From NCBI RefSeq assembly GCF_006345805.1, contig NC_043005.1, positions 31,124,001 to 31,188,000 on the forward strand: 64,000 nt of DNA. Reading direction: 5' to 3'. Source of the DNA: Octopus sinensis (lineage: Eukaryota). The notes below the pieces were generated by a model. The model saw only the letters and a list, made by a program, of their open reading frames with translations. It ran no database searches and had not been told where the DNA came from. Positions 25,872-38,537 of the stretch are shown here, piece by piece. Position 1 is the stretch's first letter. Each line of letters starts with the position of its first letter. The translations under genes were made by a program, and so were the position numbers.

Positions 25872-28864
25872 GGGATCTTTTCTAAAAGAAGGCCAGATTT
25901 TTCTAGTTAACTAAATAATTTGAAACTTCGTATACTGGTAGAATGTGTCAAAAGAAAACATTAATTTCAACTAGTTTTTTTGAGAAAAATGTATTTTATA
26001 AGTTTAAACGTAGTTTAAATCTGCGAATTTTAACCAATCGTATTGTCTGTTTTGATCTGAAATTATTATCTGCATGGTGTTACTGTGACGTAGACAGCTA
26101 TTTTGTGAAAATTTTAAACAGCGTGGGTAAGAAGTAAGCAAACAGCTGTGGTAGATGTGGTTATCATGGCAGTGGTGGTGGTGGTGTAGTGGTGACAGTG
26201 GATGTGTATGATGGCATCAATTATAGTGTTGGTGTTTTTGTAGAGGTGGTGGTGGCGGCAGTGGATGATGATGATAATGATGATGATAGTAGTAGTGGCA
26301 TTGATTATGTTAGGATGTCTCAGTGGTGGTTGTGAAGATGATTCTGATATTGATAGTCTTTGCATTGAGGTGGTGGCAGAGTCAGAGTAAATAATAAGAG
26401 CCCAGTTAACACAAGATTCTTAAATTTCGGAGATCATAAGATAGAGAGCAAGAAGTTAAAAGTTCCAATACTGGCCCAATTCCTACACCCCAGATTCTTC
26501 AACTATTTTATAAGAAAGGGGTTAATGGCAGGATAGGGATTCAGCTTAAAAATAAATATAACAAAAAATACATAAATAAATTACTGCTCCAACGATGTAA
26601 TTTTAGTATGCGTGTATGTATGTATGTATGTGTGTGTGTGTGTGTGTGTATGTATGGATCAAAACAGTTTGATTCAAATTCTGTGGTACTTATATATTCA
26701 TACATAGATATACATGTAGATGTATATAACATATATATATATATTGTATGTAAACATCTTTTATATATATATAATGTATGCATCTATAATACACACACAT
26801 TATAAATATATACACATATATGCATATGCATTAGAATATGTGTGTATAGGTGTATATATATATATATATATATATATGCATATGTGGCCCTGCTCGATCT
26901 GTAGGAAAGGTGGAGGTAGAAACTCCATAAGATGCACCCAATGTAAGCTATGGACGCACAAGAGGTGCAGCAACATTAAAGGGAAATTAACAGATAAGAT
27001 AGCTTTCATGTGCGGCAGATGCACAGGGACAATAGACACCACAGACACTCAGAAAACAGATCACTCCAGGGAGAGGAACTAGAAGTAGTTGATAGTTTCC
27101 GCTACCTGGGTGACCAAGTTAGTAGTGGAATTGGATGCACAGAGAGTATCACCACTAGAATACGAATAGCCTGGGCAAAGTTCAGAAAGCTCCTACCCCT
27201 ACTGGCGACAAAAGGGTCTCTCGCTCAGAGCGAAAGGTAGATTGTATGATGCATGTGTGCGAACTGCCATGCTTCACGGTAGTGAAACATGGGCTGTGAC
27301 TGCAGAGGACATGCGTAGACTTGAAAGAAATGAAGCTAGCATGACCCGCTGGATGTGTAATGTCAGTGTGCACGCACGACAGAGTGTAAGCACCCTGAGA
27401 GAAATGCTGGATATAAGAAGCATCAGATGTGGTGTGCAAGAGCGACGCTTGCGATGGTATGGTCATGTGCTGCGGATGGATGAGGAGAGATGTGTGAAGA
27501 AGTGCCACTCCCAAACAGTTGAAGGTATCAGGGGGAGAGGTAGACCCAGGAAGACATGGGATGAGGTAGTCAAGCATGACCCCAGAGCGTTGGGCCTCAC
27601 TGAGGCAATGGCGAAGGACCGAGATCTCTGGAGATATGCTGTGACTGCAAAGACCCGGGCTGCTTCCTGCATCAGTTCCGCATAGCCCCTGCCCATTCAA
27701 AGTACCCTGGATCCCAGAACGTCCCGCTGTGCTCGAGGAGACCTGTTGAGTCAAGTACATGAACATGAACGTCGAAATAAATATCAATGGAAATAGTAGT
27801 TGTGATGCCTGTGCCGGTGGCACATAAAAAGCACTATCCGAACGTGGCCGATTCCAGCGCAGCCCCGACTGGCTTCTGTGCCGGTGGCACATAAAAAGCA
27901 CCATCCGAACGTGGCCGATGCCAGCGCCGCTCCGACTGGCTTCTGTGCCGGTGGCACATAAAAAGCACCATCCGAACGTTGCCAGTGCCGCCTTGGCTGG
28001 CTTCCGTGCCGCTGGCACGTTAAAAGCTCCAACCGATCGTGGCCGATGCCGGACGCCCCCTGGCACCTGTGCAGGTGGCACGTAAAAAGCACCCACTACA
28101 CTCGCGGAGTGGTTGGCGTTAGGAAGGGCATCCAGCCGTAGAAACTCTGCCAGATCAGACTGGAGCCTGGAGCAGCCCCTGGCTTCCCAGACCCCGGTCG
28201 AACCGTCCAACCCGTGCTAGCGCGGAAAACGGACGTTAAACGATGATGATGATGATGATGATGATGATTGTATACATGTGTGTGTAGCTATTTAGGATCT
28301 ACACAAATTTTATATATACTCCACGAAGTTTGAAAGTGTTTAGTTAGAAAAAATTATTTTTAAAATCTGTAGGTCAAAAGGTAAAGATCCGGTATTTTAA
28401 ATTTTTGTTGCATTTCTAATCTTTCTGATGTCTAAGGATGGATATTTATGCGTATGAATCTTTTTCTTTTTATTTTGTTTCAAATATAATTCTAGGGAAC
28501 TGAAAAAGCTGTGTACGATGCCAAGCGAATTTAGTTGTTTACGATAAGCGGATGTTTACGTTTTAGCTGTTTACATGTTTACGTTAAGTACGTCACAAAA
28601 TAGCTGTTTACGTTAAGTACGTCACAAAATAGCTGTTTACGTCACAGTAACGATATTTTGAGAGGCAGTAAATGATATGAGGTCGAAACAAAGAATACCA
28701 TTGGTTAAAATTCGAATTATTAAACAACGTTAAACTTAGAAATTACAATTCCGTTTTCATTTTGGTTTACAATTATGTTTTCTTTTGACACATTCTACCA
28801 GTATACGAAGTTTCAAATTGTTTAGTTAACTAGAAAAATCTGGCCTTCTTTTAGAAAAGATCCC
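25872..28864. mobile_element. Non-autonomous TIR element with 90-bp TIRs hosting an RTE insertion
   Basis: 25872-25961 vs reverse complement of 28775-28864: 89/90 identical, starting GGGATC. Flanks AGACAC/AGACAT are a possible 6-bp TSD. Confidence 0.75.
26885..28268 (+). mobile_element. 5'-truncated RTE-clade LINE with PHD finger, tandem-repeat 3' UTR and (GAT)n tail
   Basis: C4HC3 motif, FRYLG, LHGSETW, RLRWYGHV, GRGRPRKTW. 3' end GGCGTTAGGAAGGGCATCCAGCC..(GAT)n. Confidence 0.85.
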
Positions 28865-28886
28865 AGACATGTATTTTAGAGGAGAA

Positions 28887-28977
<91 letters not shown>

Positions 28978-29000
28978 ATGTATATGTATATGTATATATA

Positions 29001-29051
<51 letters not shown>

Positions 29052-29314
29052 GAATGTATTAGGGTGTATTTTTTAGTATGCGTGAGTGTGGACTGTAAGC
29101 ATGTATACGTATATGTAGGTTTACAGGTATATCTGCGTGTATGCGTATGCGTGCTTTTGAGTGTATGCGTGTATTTCTATATATTTATTTACATATATAT
29201 ATCAGTACACATGCAAGTATACTTATATGCATACATCCATATCATATACGTACACAGGAAATTGAATTTACGTTTGCACTTAAAATTGTTCTAAATATTC
29301 TGTTGTTCTTCCAG

Positions 29315-29320
29315 TTTATT
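29315..29320 (-). promoter_or_regulatory. Candidate poly(A) signal of CTR1
   Basis: AATAAA on the minus strand about 72 nt after the stop codon; not verified by transcript data. Confidence 0.4.
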
Positions 29321-29391
29321 AACATGTCACTCAAATTACCAACATAATGGAAGCCGGATTTTAGTAGTGGTATTCAATTTTCTGAATTTTT

Positions 29392-29603
29392 TCAGTTTCT
29401 GGCTGTTTGTTCCAATTTCTTCTTCATTGACATCAATCTGATATCATTCCTAGATGACAGCACAGTCACTGAGGTCGTTTCTTCGTCATTAACAAAGCGA
29501 CTAGTCTTTGCTCTGTGTTGGAATACACTAAAGATCATGTAAATCCAGGGATTAGTACAGCTGTTGAGGGACGAGAGTAGCAATAATATCGTATAGATTG
29601 CAC
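29392..29603 (-). CDS. CTR1: Cephalotocin receptor 1, coding exon 2 (TM7 and C-tail)
   Basis: Acceptor TTTTTTAG|GTGCA completes the split Gly codon (G|GT). Translates AIYTILLLLSSLNSCTNPWIY...EQTARN with TGA at 29394-29392. 982+212 nt gives 397 codons plus stop. Confidence 0.95.
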
Positions 29604-29739
29604 CTAAAAAATATTAAAGAAACAGTTAATTAATGAAATATGCGTTTAGTAAACATTCTTAAATACATTCAACTCATATATATATATATAGTAACAGAAA
29701 AAGAGGAATTTCGATTATCCCCACGTGGTGAGTTGTAAT

Positions 29740-31476
29740 ATATATAAGAAATTAAAAAAGGAAAATGCACACATTTTACATAGTTTTAATATAAGTTTTA
29801 ATATAGCGAACGGTTTCGCTTTCCCCATTCATGATATTATGGTTTTCTTATTTGAATATGTATTTTCTTAAGAAGAAATTTTTGTCCATGTTGTGTGTGA
29901 TGATATTTACGAGTGAATGACTTCACAAGTAGAAAAGTTAGTAAAGGAAGATTTTGCACAATAGTGTTGAATGCCTCACTGTTTCTGGGGTTGTGTGTTG
30001 ATATAAATAGTTGTGTTTTGAGATGAGGTGTGGTGTTATATTTTGTTGTTCTTAGTGTTTTTATGTTTAATTTTTTGGCACGTTTAATCCCCTCGTCTAT
30101 AAGTGAGGGTGGATATTGTCTTTCAGTAAGCGTTGTTTTGAGGTCTTGAAAACGAAGGTCCCGATAGTCTATCAGACACTATTGTGAAAATCCTTTTTGC
30201 CAAATTGAAAGGGATATTTATTTTGATGTGTTTCGGGTGGCATGAGCTAAAGAGGAGATATTGTTTTGAATCAGTTGGTTTATAATAGATGTCAGTTATG
30301 ATTTATTGTTGACTTTTTTTTTATCATGTCTAAAATTAGGAGCTGTTCTTTGTTATATTCGATTGTGAATTGAATGTTACTATTTATATCATTTAGTGTT
30401 GATTTGAAATCCAAACGTTTGTCGATGTTATCCTTCCAAATGATAAAACAATCATCCAGGTATCTTTTCCAATTTTTTCTTATGTAAATGTAAAATGGGT
30501 AACCATATTTCCGAAGTGATACTTCATATAAGGTGAATTCAAAATAACCCATTATTAGGTTCTCAAGAACAGGAGCTGCTTTCGTTCCCATCGCAATTCC
30601 GCATTTCTGACGATAGTATGTGTCATCAAATAGAAAATAATTGTTCTGAAGTATATATTTTAAAGATTCAATAATAAAGATCTGATTTATGCGTTCCAGG
30701 AGTACTTCGGGGCACTTTTCCAACAAGAATTTAATTGCTTTTATTCCATAGTGATGTGGGATGTTGGTGTAAAGATTGATAACATCGAGGGTAACCAATA
30801 TTGCCTCTTCATTAATTGTTTTTGGTAGGTGTTCTAGCATGTTTAAATCGTTTCTAATGAAACTTTTGATGTATTTCAGCAAGGGTTTCTGTAGGATGAC
30901 TAGAAAATTGCTTAGGCAGTGGGTTTCACAGTCTGGCCCAGCTACAATGGGTCTTAAAGTTAAGTTTTCTGGCGTTTGGATATTTATGTATTTGCCTGGT
31001 GATTGTTTGCAGGCTTCATTGATTATCTTGCTCTTGTGTATTTTAGGAAGGCCGTAAAAAAGACTGGGTTTACATTTGAAGTTCATGATGTAGTCTGTTT
31101 CTTTTTCTGTCAGTCCTTTTCCATGTAGAAGAATTAAAGATGCAAGATTTTTCATTGTTTTTTATTGTTTATAGTGTATAACTTTTTCGTCGAAGGCCCT
31201 GTTTTCTAATATGGATAATACTAGATCTTTCTAGTGTTCTGTGTCAATCAAAACTACAGCACTTGTTCTGTCTGCTTCTTTAATTGTCAGGTCTTTGTCG
31301 TTTTGTAGTTCAATTAGATTTTTCCATCCTAGATTGTTGAGGTTCGAATTAATCTTTCGTTTACGGGATGTATAAGGGAAATTTTGGACATGGTCGCAGA
31401 AGTCATTCAGTGTTTAATTCCTACCCTTATGTAGAAGGTAATTACTTCTGTTTTTGACTAGTGATTCATCTTCGTT
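29740..31476 (-). mobile_element. Penelope-like element: RT region, GIY-YIG deleted, 3' end retained
   Basis: FYGLPKIHK, LRPIVAG, LDVINLYTNIP, GIAMG, RYLDD, IQFT, YYKPTDSKQYL..SCHP. Jumps at NLPLLT to the 3' terminus. Confidence 0.9.
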
Positions 31477-32450
31477 TGTGAAAAATCTTCCTTTACTAAC
31501 TAAAGATCCAAAAATGGACGACATCCTGAAAACGCACAAACTCCTCAAATACAAAAAGCAATACAAATCGCTAAAGAGTCTACTAACAAATGCGAAGCTT
31601 TACAAAACAACCACGAAACCAACGGTTAAAAAATGTGGACGCCCAAACTGTGGAAACTGCACCAACTTACTTGAAGGCTCGGATTACCTTTTCAAACAAG
31701 GACAGAGGTTCACAATTAAAACTAGTTTCCCTTGTGCCTCCGGGAACCTAATTTATGTAATAACCTGCTCGGGTTGCGGACAAAACTATATTGGACAGAC
31801 GAGTATGACCTTGTGAAGGAGAACCACTCTACATAAAGAGCAAATTAGTTTCGCGCAATACAGGCAAATTCCTCTCAGTGAACATATAGAAAAATGTGCA
31901 GATAACATCAAACCAAATTTCACAGTTTCGCCCTTCTACCTCTGCAAAGACATCATCTCTCCACAAGAAGGTTTAAATAAAGAAACTTAAATAAAGAAAC
32001 TTAAATAAAGAAAAATACAGAACACGTCTTAATATGCACGCATAACCAACTTTTATCATTTTACATATTTCAATTTATAATTACACCACTGTATATAAAT
32101 CCCTTACTAAACAAGATTTTCGAAACCTTTTTTGGTGTGTACACATATATATTCCTCTCCCCTTACCGAAAGCAGAAAAGTTATCTCCCTTGCCCACAAC
32201 AACAACAACAACAACAATAATAACGATAACCAATTACCTCCCCTTATTTTTCTATTTGTGAAGTCATTTACTTGTAAATATCATTACACACAACATGAAC
32301 AAAAATTTATTCTTAAGAAAATGCATATTCAAATAAGTAAACCATAATATCATGAATAGCGAAAATGAAACCGGTCGCTATATTAAAAATTGTATTAAAA
32401 CAATGTAAAGTGTGCGTATTTTCCTTTTTAATTTCTTATATATATATATA
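31477..32450 (+). mobile_element. Penelope-like element: GIY-YIG region and 3' end, inverted relative to the neighbour
   Basis: NLPLLTKDPK..CGRPNCGNC..NLIYVITCSGCGQNYIGQT. 3' end homologous to about 29740-29935; GAAACCGGTC half-hammerhead motif. Confidence 0.9.
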
Positions 32451-32462
32451 TATATATATATA

Positions 32463-33740
32463 TTAGGTTGTCCGGAAAGTTCGTGCCAATTTATAGTAGC
32501 TTACTTTTCGACTTATTTTAGAACATGATTGAGTCCATTTGACTACACCTCCATTTACAGCACAGTTTAAGCTATCTTTTCGTAGAAGAAGGTTTATGTT
32601 ACTATAACCTGTGTAAATTCTGTGACCCTTTAAAATGGAAGATAAGAAAGTTATTTTTTGGCATTTGATGCTTTTCTTTCCCGTAAAGGGAAAAATGCCA
32701 CAAGCCTCACAAGCAACCAAAGAAATATGCGCAATTTACGATAATGTTTCTTTATCCGAAAGAACTGTACGGAAGTGGTTCGCAAGGTTCCGAGCTGGAT
32801 ATTGTAACCTTATTCATAAAGAGCAATCGGGCAGATCATCCACTACAGATGACAACCAAATCAAGTCATTAATTGAGAATAACCCACATTGCACAACCTG
32901 AGAATTGGCAGAAAGCCTCAACCTATCAAAATCCATCGTTCATGAGCACCTGGTAAAGCTTGGGTACGCAAATCGCTACGACGTTTGGGTACCACATGAG
33001 TTGAGTGAGAAGAACCTTTTGGATCGCATTTCCATCTGTGATTCGCTTAATAAACGGAATGAAAACGCGCCTTTTTTTAGAGCAAATTGTGACAGGTGAT
33101 GAGAAATGGATTATCTACCGAAATGTTCAGAGAAAGCGATCCTGGAGTAAGCGACATGAGCCACCATTAGCCACCCCAAAAGCGGGTCTTCAACCAAAAA
33201 AAGTCTTGCTTTGTGTCTGGTGGGATTGGAAAGGAATTCTGTACTATGAGTTTCTCCCAAGTAACCAGACAATTAATTCTGAGAAATACTGCATACAACT
33301 GGACGAGTTAAAAGCAGCAACGCAAGAGAAACGTCCAGAATTGGCCAACAGGAAGGTTGTTGCTTTCCAACATGATAATGCAAGACCGCACGTTTCTTTG
33401 GGAACCAGACAAAAATTGCTGCAGCTCGGCTGGAATGTGTTACCCCACCCTCCATATTCACCAGATATTGCTCCTTCGGATTTTCACTTATTCAGGCCTC
33501 TGCAGAATAGTCTTAATGGTAAAAATTTCAATTCCTTGGATGATGTAAAAAGACACCTTGATGAATACTTTGCCATGAAACCATCTTAATTCTGGGAAGA
33601 GGGTATTTTCAAGTTAAAGGAAAGATAGAGACGCATTGTGCACACAAGGTTCATATTTGGATGAGTAAAAATGTAATGGCAAGTATTTATTGACCTTTAT
33701 CTTTCCTTTAAAATCGACACGAACTTTCCGGACAACCCAC
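32463..33740 (+). mobile_element. Full-length inactive mariner transposon (DD34D)
   Basis: 1278 bp, TIRs (TTA/GTG)GGTTGTCCGGAAAGTTCGTG, TA TSD inside (TA)n. WVPHEL, TGD, HDN-34aa-D and YSPDIAPSD present; stops and a frameshift. Confidence 0.95.
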
Positions 33741-33894
33741 TATATATATATAATATATATATATATATATAATTATAATATATATATATATCTTATATAT
33801 ATATATATATATAGGTCCGGGTTGATTCGGGGTTAACCACGTAAATAAGGTACTCAATACATAGCAGAGTAAAATTAATTTATTATATAGAAGG

Positions 33895-33946
33895 AGCTTC
33901 TACAGGACTAGAACTGTTTCATTCAAGAGAAATCTTTCAGGAAGCT
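33895..33946 (-). ncRNA. Type I hammerhead-like motif, family F, with 4-bp stem III
   Basis: AGCTTC-CTGAAAGA-T-TTC(TCTT)GAA-T-GAAA-CAG(TTCTAGTC)CTG-TA-GAAGCT. One extra A in the core. Confidence 0.55.
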
Positions 33947-35032
33947 AGGTAACAAGAATTGTTATTGGCATTTTATACATTTAGGCAGGTTTAAAGGGGG
34001 TTGGTGGGGGGGACTTTTTGGGGGGTAGGCATAGCGCAAAAATATCATACTTGGGGGGGAGTGGTCAAGGAGTCAGTGTTAAATTCAGTGTTAAATTAGA
34101 TAGAAGAATAAATAAAAAAATAAAAAAATAAAAAAATCTATATATATATAAAAAAAAGGGGATAGAGTTTTAGGTAAATAAGGAGATTCTCACTTTACTA
34201 CTATGCACACATGTATACATTCCAACACACACATACAAAACATATATTACATTTACATACACAATACATACACACACATATATATACATATATATACACT
34301 TACACAACACATACATAACCATATATACACATACACATATATGTATACATACACACATCACATGCATACACGTATACACACACGTATATATACACACACG
34401 ACCACACATACATATACGCACAGAACAAAAATATATATACACATACACACACATACTCACATCACGCATACACACACATATCCACACACACACATGCACC
34501 ACACAGCACACTAGTCCCTTATACACATATATACACATACACACACATATACACACACATACATACATATACATACATGTATATATATATATATATTAAT
34601 ATATATATATATATATATACATATGTGTACCTATGCATACTACACTACACACATTATATACACATACAAATACAGACCCATTCCCTAATTTTAATTTTTA
34701 TCTTCGTTTATTACTTTTGTTATCTTGGCCGCTTGGTCACAAACATCTTGGCTATGACAGCCAGTCCATTTATCTGTCTACTGGAAAACAAGCACTCATT
34801 CACTCACGCACACTCTTTAGCACGTACCTCACTCATTTGTACACTCATACACATACACGCACGCACGCGTTAGATTCATACATACATACTCTAATACATT
34901 CACGTATCTACACATACGTACGCGTACCTACAGATTCATGTCTACACTCTTAGAAGGCTAGTCTATATATATACACCACAATAAATATAAATACACACAC
35001 ATACATATACCCCTACATACAAATACAATCAT

Positions 35033-35075
<43 letters not shown>

Positions 35076-35446
35076 CATATATATACACCATATATATATA
35101 TATATATACACACATACGCATACACACACATATACATATATATACACTACACGGCAAATACACATTGTACATGCGTACCCATACACACACACACCACGCG
35201 CGCATCCATATATACACTAAGTACACACATGCGTAAAAGTATACATATATCTATGCTTACACATACACACACACCACACGCGCCTCCTTATATTCATACT
35301 TACATGCATACTCAAAAATAAGTAAATAGTAAAATATTATATACGCGCAGTTATTCGTACATGCATACTCAAAAAATAAATAAAAATATTAAGTTATATG
35401 TACGTGCAGTTACCTATTATATAGACGGATACATACATATAAACTT

Positions 35447-35497
<51 letters not shown>

Positions 35498-35498
35498 A

Positions 35499-35536
<38 letters not shown>

Positions 35537-35701
35537 CATATATACACATAACACATACACACATACTATTATACATACATATATATATACACACACACAA
35601 TACACATACATATATACAATATATACATACTTACACACATGTACATATAAATACACACATAGATAACTCTACGTACCTACATATACATAAAACACACACA
35701 C

Positions 35702-35762
<61 letters not shown>

Positions 35763-35796
35763 CATACATATATATACATATATATATATAATATAC

Positions 35797-35831
<35 letters not shown>

Positions 35832-35962
35832 AGTTTGTGTGGTGTGTGTGCGTGTGTATGTTTAAGTAGGAAGAGAGGGAAGGGAACTATTCATGTGTTC
35901 CTTCTTTTTACATAACACACGCCCACACAAACACAAACGCACATACACACATACACACATAC

Positions 35963-36035
<73 letters not shown>

Positions 36036-37229
36036 CGAGAGAGAGAGAGTTGAGTGAGATAGAGAGAGAGCAATAAGAAAATGGAGGGGATCAGTAGGTG
36101 GTATTCATTAACTTTTAGACATTATGTCAATTTATTTGTTTATTTACAAAAAGGACAATTATTACAATATACATACATGTATAACATATGATGCTTTACA
36201 GATATAATATATAAAATATTAAAATATCAGTAATTATTAAAATATATAACATATAGCAATAGAAATTGGGATAATATCTCACAGCTGTTTCATTCTACCT
36301 TTATCCCTCCAGTAGACTGGAGTAATTAGTAGATGAAATTGAGGTACTTGGGTGTTTCTCTAGGCTTAGTCAGAGATTTTAGAAAGTACATAAGGTTAAG
36401 TTATAAATATAGATATACAAATATACATAATTTTACATATTCATGCATATACATAAATACATATACTTACACTTAAATATATATGCATATTTGCATGTAT
36501 ATGCATACAAATGAATCAATAATAATAATAATGATAAAATAATAATAATAATAATAATAATAAATAATAATAATTAGATGCTATATATTATTCTCATTAT
36601 ATAAAATATACACATAGGTATGAGAAAGTTATAAGAGGAGTAATTTTGTAATTTATAAAATCAATATATCTTAAATTATTTTAGTTATGTAAGAATGAAA
36701 CTGTATACACATGACGAACACACACACATATATATAAATACAGACACAGACACAGACACTGACACACACACACACATATATATACACACACATATATATT
36801 TCCGTACAAACATTCTCATAGGTACGTATGTATTAGATGTGTTTAGAGGGGAGGATTAATGCAGTAGTTCGTATCATTATAATTATATAATATAATTAGA
36901 ACAATAATACACAAACTTATATATATATTTTCATCTAAACATATGATATGTTTATTCCTCCGTTATTCTTTCTTTATGGAGTAGTTGAAATCCTGCAAGA
37001 ATATCAAACTTACACACAGGCAATTTAAACAGAAACGGTTTGAGGTTACTAGTAGCAGACACTGTCGAATTAAAAGCATCCAATCCATGTCTAATGCAGA
37101 TTGAAGCTTTGTTTTCTATTTGATAAAATATCACTGGTTAGATGAGGAAACCATTTCCTATATACATTTCAAAATATCTGACTATTGTGAACAAACAGTT
37201 TGATAATACTTTAAATGATGTTTATGTAA

Positions 37230-37267
<38 letters not shown>

Positions 37268-37507
37268 ACACACACACACACCACACACAAACACACACTC
37301 TCATACACACACCACACGCACACACACACTATAATACACGCATATAATATATATGTTTATATGTATAATCAATGCAAGGAAAAAAACATTTCTTTCAAAG
37401 GGATGTAAAATATCCAATTTTCACTGGTTTTTCAGTCAGATTACTACAGAATTTAAGTACATACAGAGAACAAATGTCCGAACATAAATGGTACAATTTC
37501 AATATAT

Positions 37508-37539
<32 letters not shown>

Positions 37540-37593
37540 ACATATATATACATTACTATATATATATATATTATATATATATTATATATATAT

Positions 37594-37622
<29 letters not shown>

Positions 37623-37624
<2 letters not shown>

Positions 37625-37993
37625 TCAACAGCAAATTAAGGAACGGCCATATAGGCCCTGTCAACCCACTAGAAATAACAGCCAAGGCTTCAACCGCAAA
37701 ATAGTAGTAACTTCCGTAAATCAGGAGAAAAATTAAAAAGACATTTACCCTTTCCACTTTATACAATGCATGTTGTTTCATCGTAAGAGTTAGCTTGATT
37801 TAATTTAATCAGGCTGATTTACCATTAAAAAACGATGAAACAATGCATTGATAATATAAATGGAAAGGGTAAATGTTTTTTTAATTTTTCCTGATTTACG
37901 GAATTACTACTATTTGCGGCGATTGAAGCCTTGGCTGTGTTATTTCTAGTGGGTTGAAAGCTATTATGGCTGTTCCTTAATTTGCTGTTGAAT
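37623..37993. repeat. Imperfect palindrome, about 162-bp arms and 47-nt loop, flanked by (TA)n
   Basis: 37623-37784 inverted at 37832-37993. Confidence 0.85.
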
Positions 37994-38115
37994 TATAAAT
38001 AGTCTCTGACTATTTCCTTTTCTCACTAGACCGTGGTAGCCAATAATTTCTGCTGAATTTTTGCTACCCTATATTGATATATATATATATATATATATAT
38101 TATTATATTATTATA

Positions 38116-38153
<38 letters not shown>

Positions 38154-38163
38154 TTATATATAC

Positions 38164-38213
<50 letters not shown>

Positions 38214-38263
38214 ATATATATATATATATATATTATATATATCTATATATATATATATATATC

Positions 38264-38383
<120 letters not shown>

Positions 38384-38388
38384 ATTAT

Positions 38389-38429
<41 letters not shown>

Positions 38430-38438
38430 TATATGTAA

Positions 38439-38518
38439 GTCGTCGTGGGAGTGGTTAAGGCGATGGACTTGAAATCATTGGGGGTCTCCCCGCATAGGTT
38501 CGAATCCTATCGGCGACG
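38439..38518 (+). tRNA. tRNA-Ser(UGA), possibly a pseudogene or carrying consensus indel errors
   Basis: Acceptor stem GTCGTCG/CGGCGAC, discriminator G, anticodon loop CTTGAAA, long variable arm GGGGTCTCCCC, T-arm ATAGG-TTCGAAT-CCTAT. Against the canonical serine tRNA it lacks CC in the D-stem and one C in the anticodon stem, and has one extra G. Confidence 0.8.
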
Positions 38519-38531
38519 ATAGTCACACTGC

Positions 38532-38535
38532 TTTT
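38532..38535 (+). terminator. Pol III terminator (T4) after tRNA-Ser
   Basis: TTTT 13 nt downstream of the discriminator base. Confidence 0.5.
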
Positions 38536-38537
38536 GT

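Noticed and set aside
27805-28094. CRISPR-like array (palindromic repeat with variable spacers)
   Set aside because: Spacers are homologous to each other, there are no cas genes, and it lies in a eukaryotic LINE 3' UTR; it is a tandem repeat.
27182-28210. 342-aa minus-strand ORF with internal repeats
   Set aside because: Antisense to the RTE ORF2 and its tandem 3' UTR; no independent protein features.
32341-32390. Complete hammerhead at the PLE 3' end (GAAACCGGTC)
   Set aside because: Only the GAAA/stem III/GUC half is recognisable here and at about 29810; no CUGANGA core found.
36952-37134. Possible cryptic CTR1 exon or nested gene
   Set aside because: Short ORF with no recognisable motif or convincing splice-site pair.
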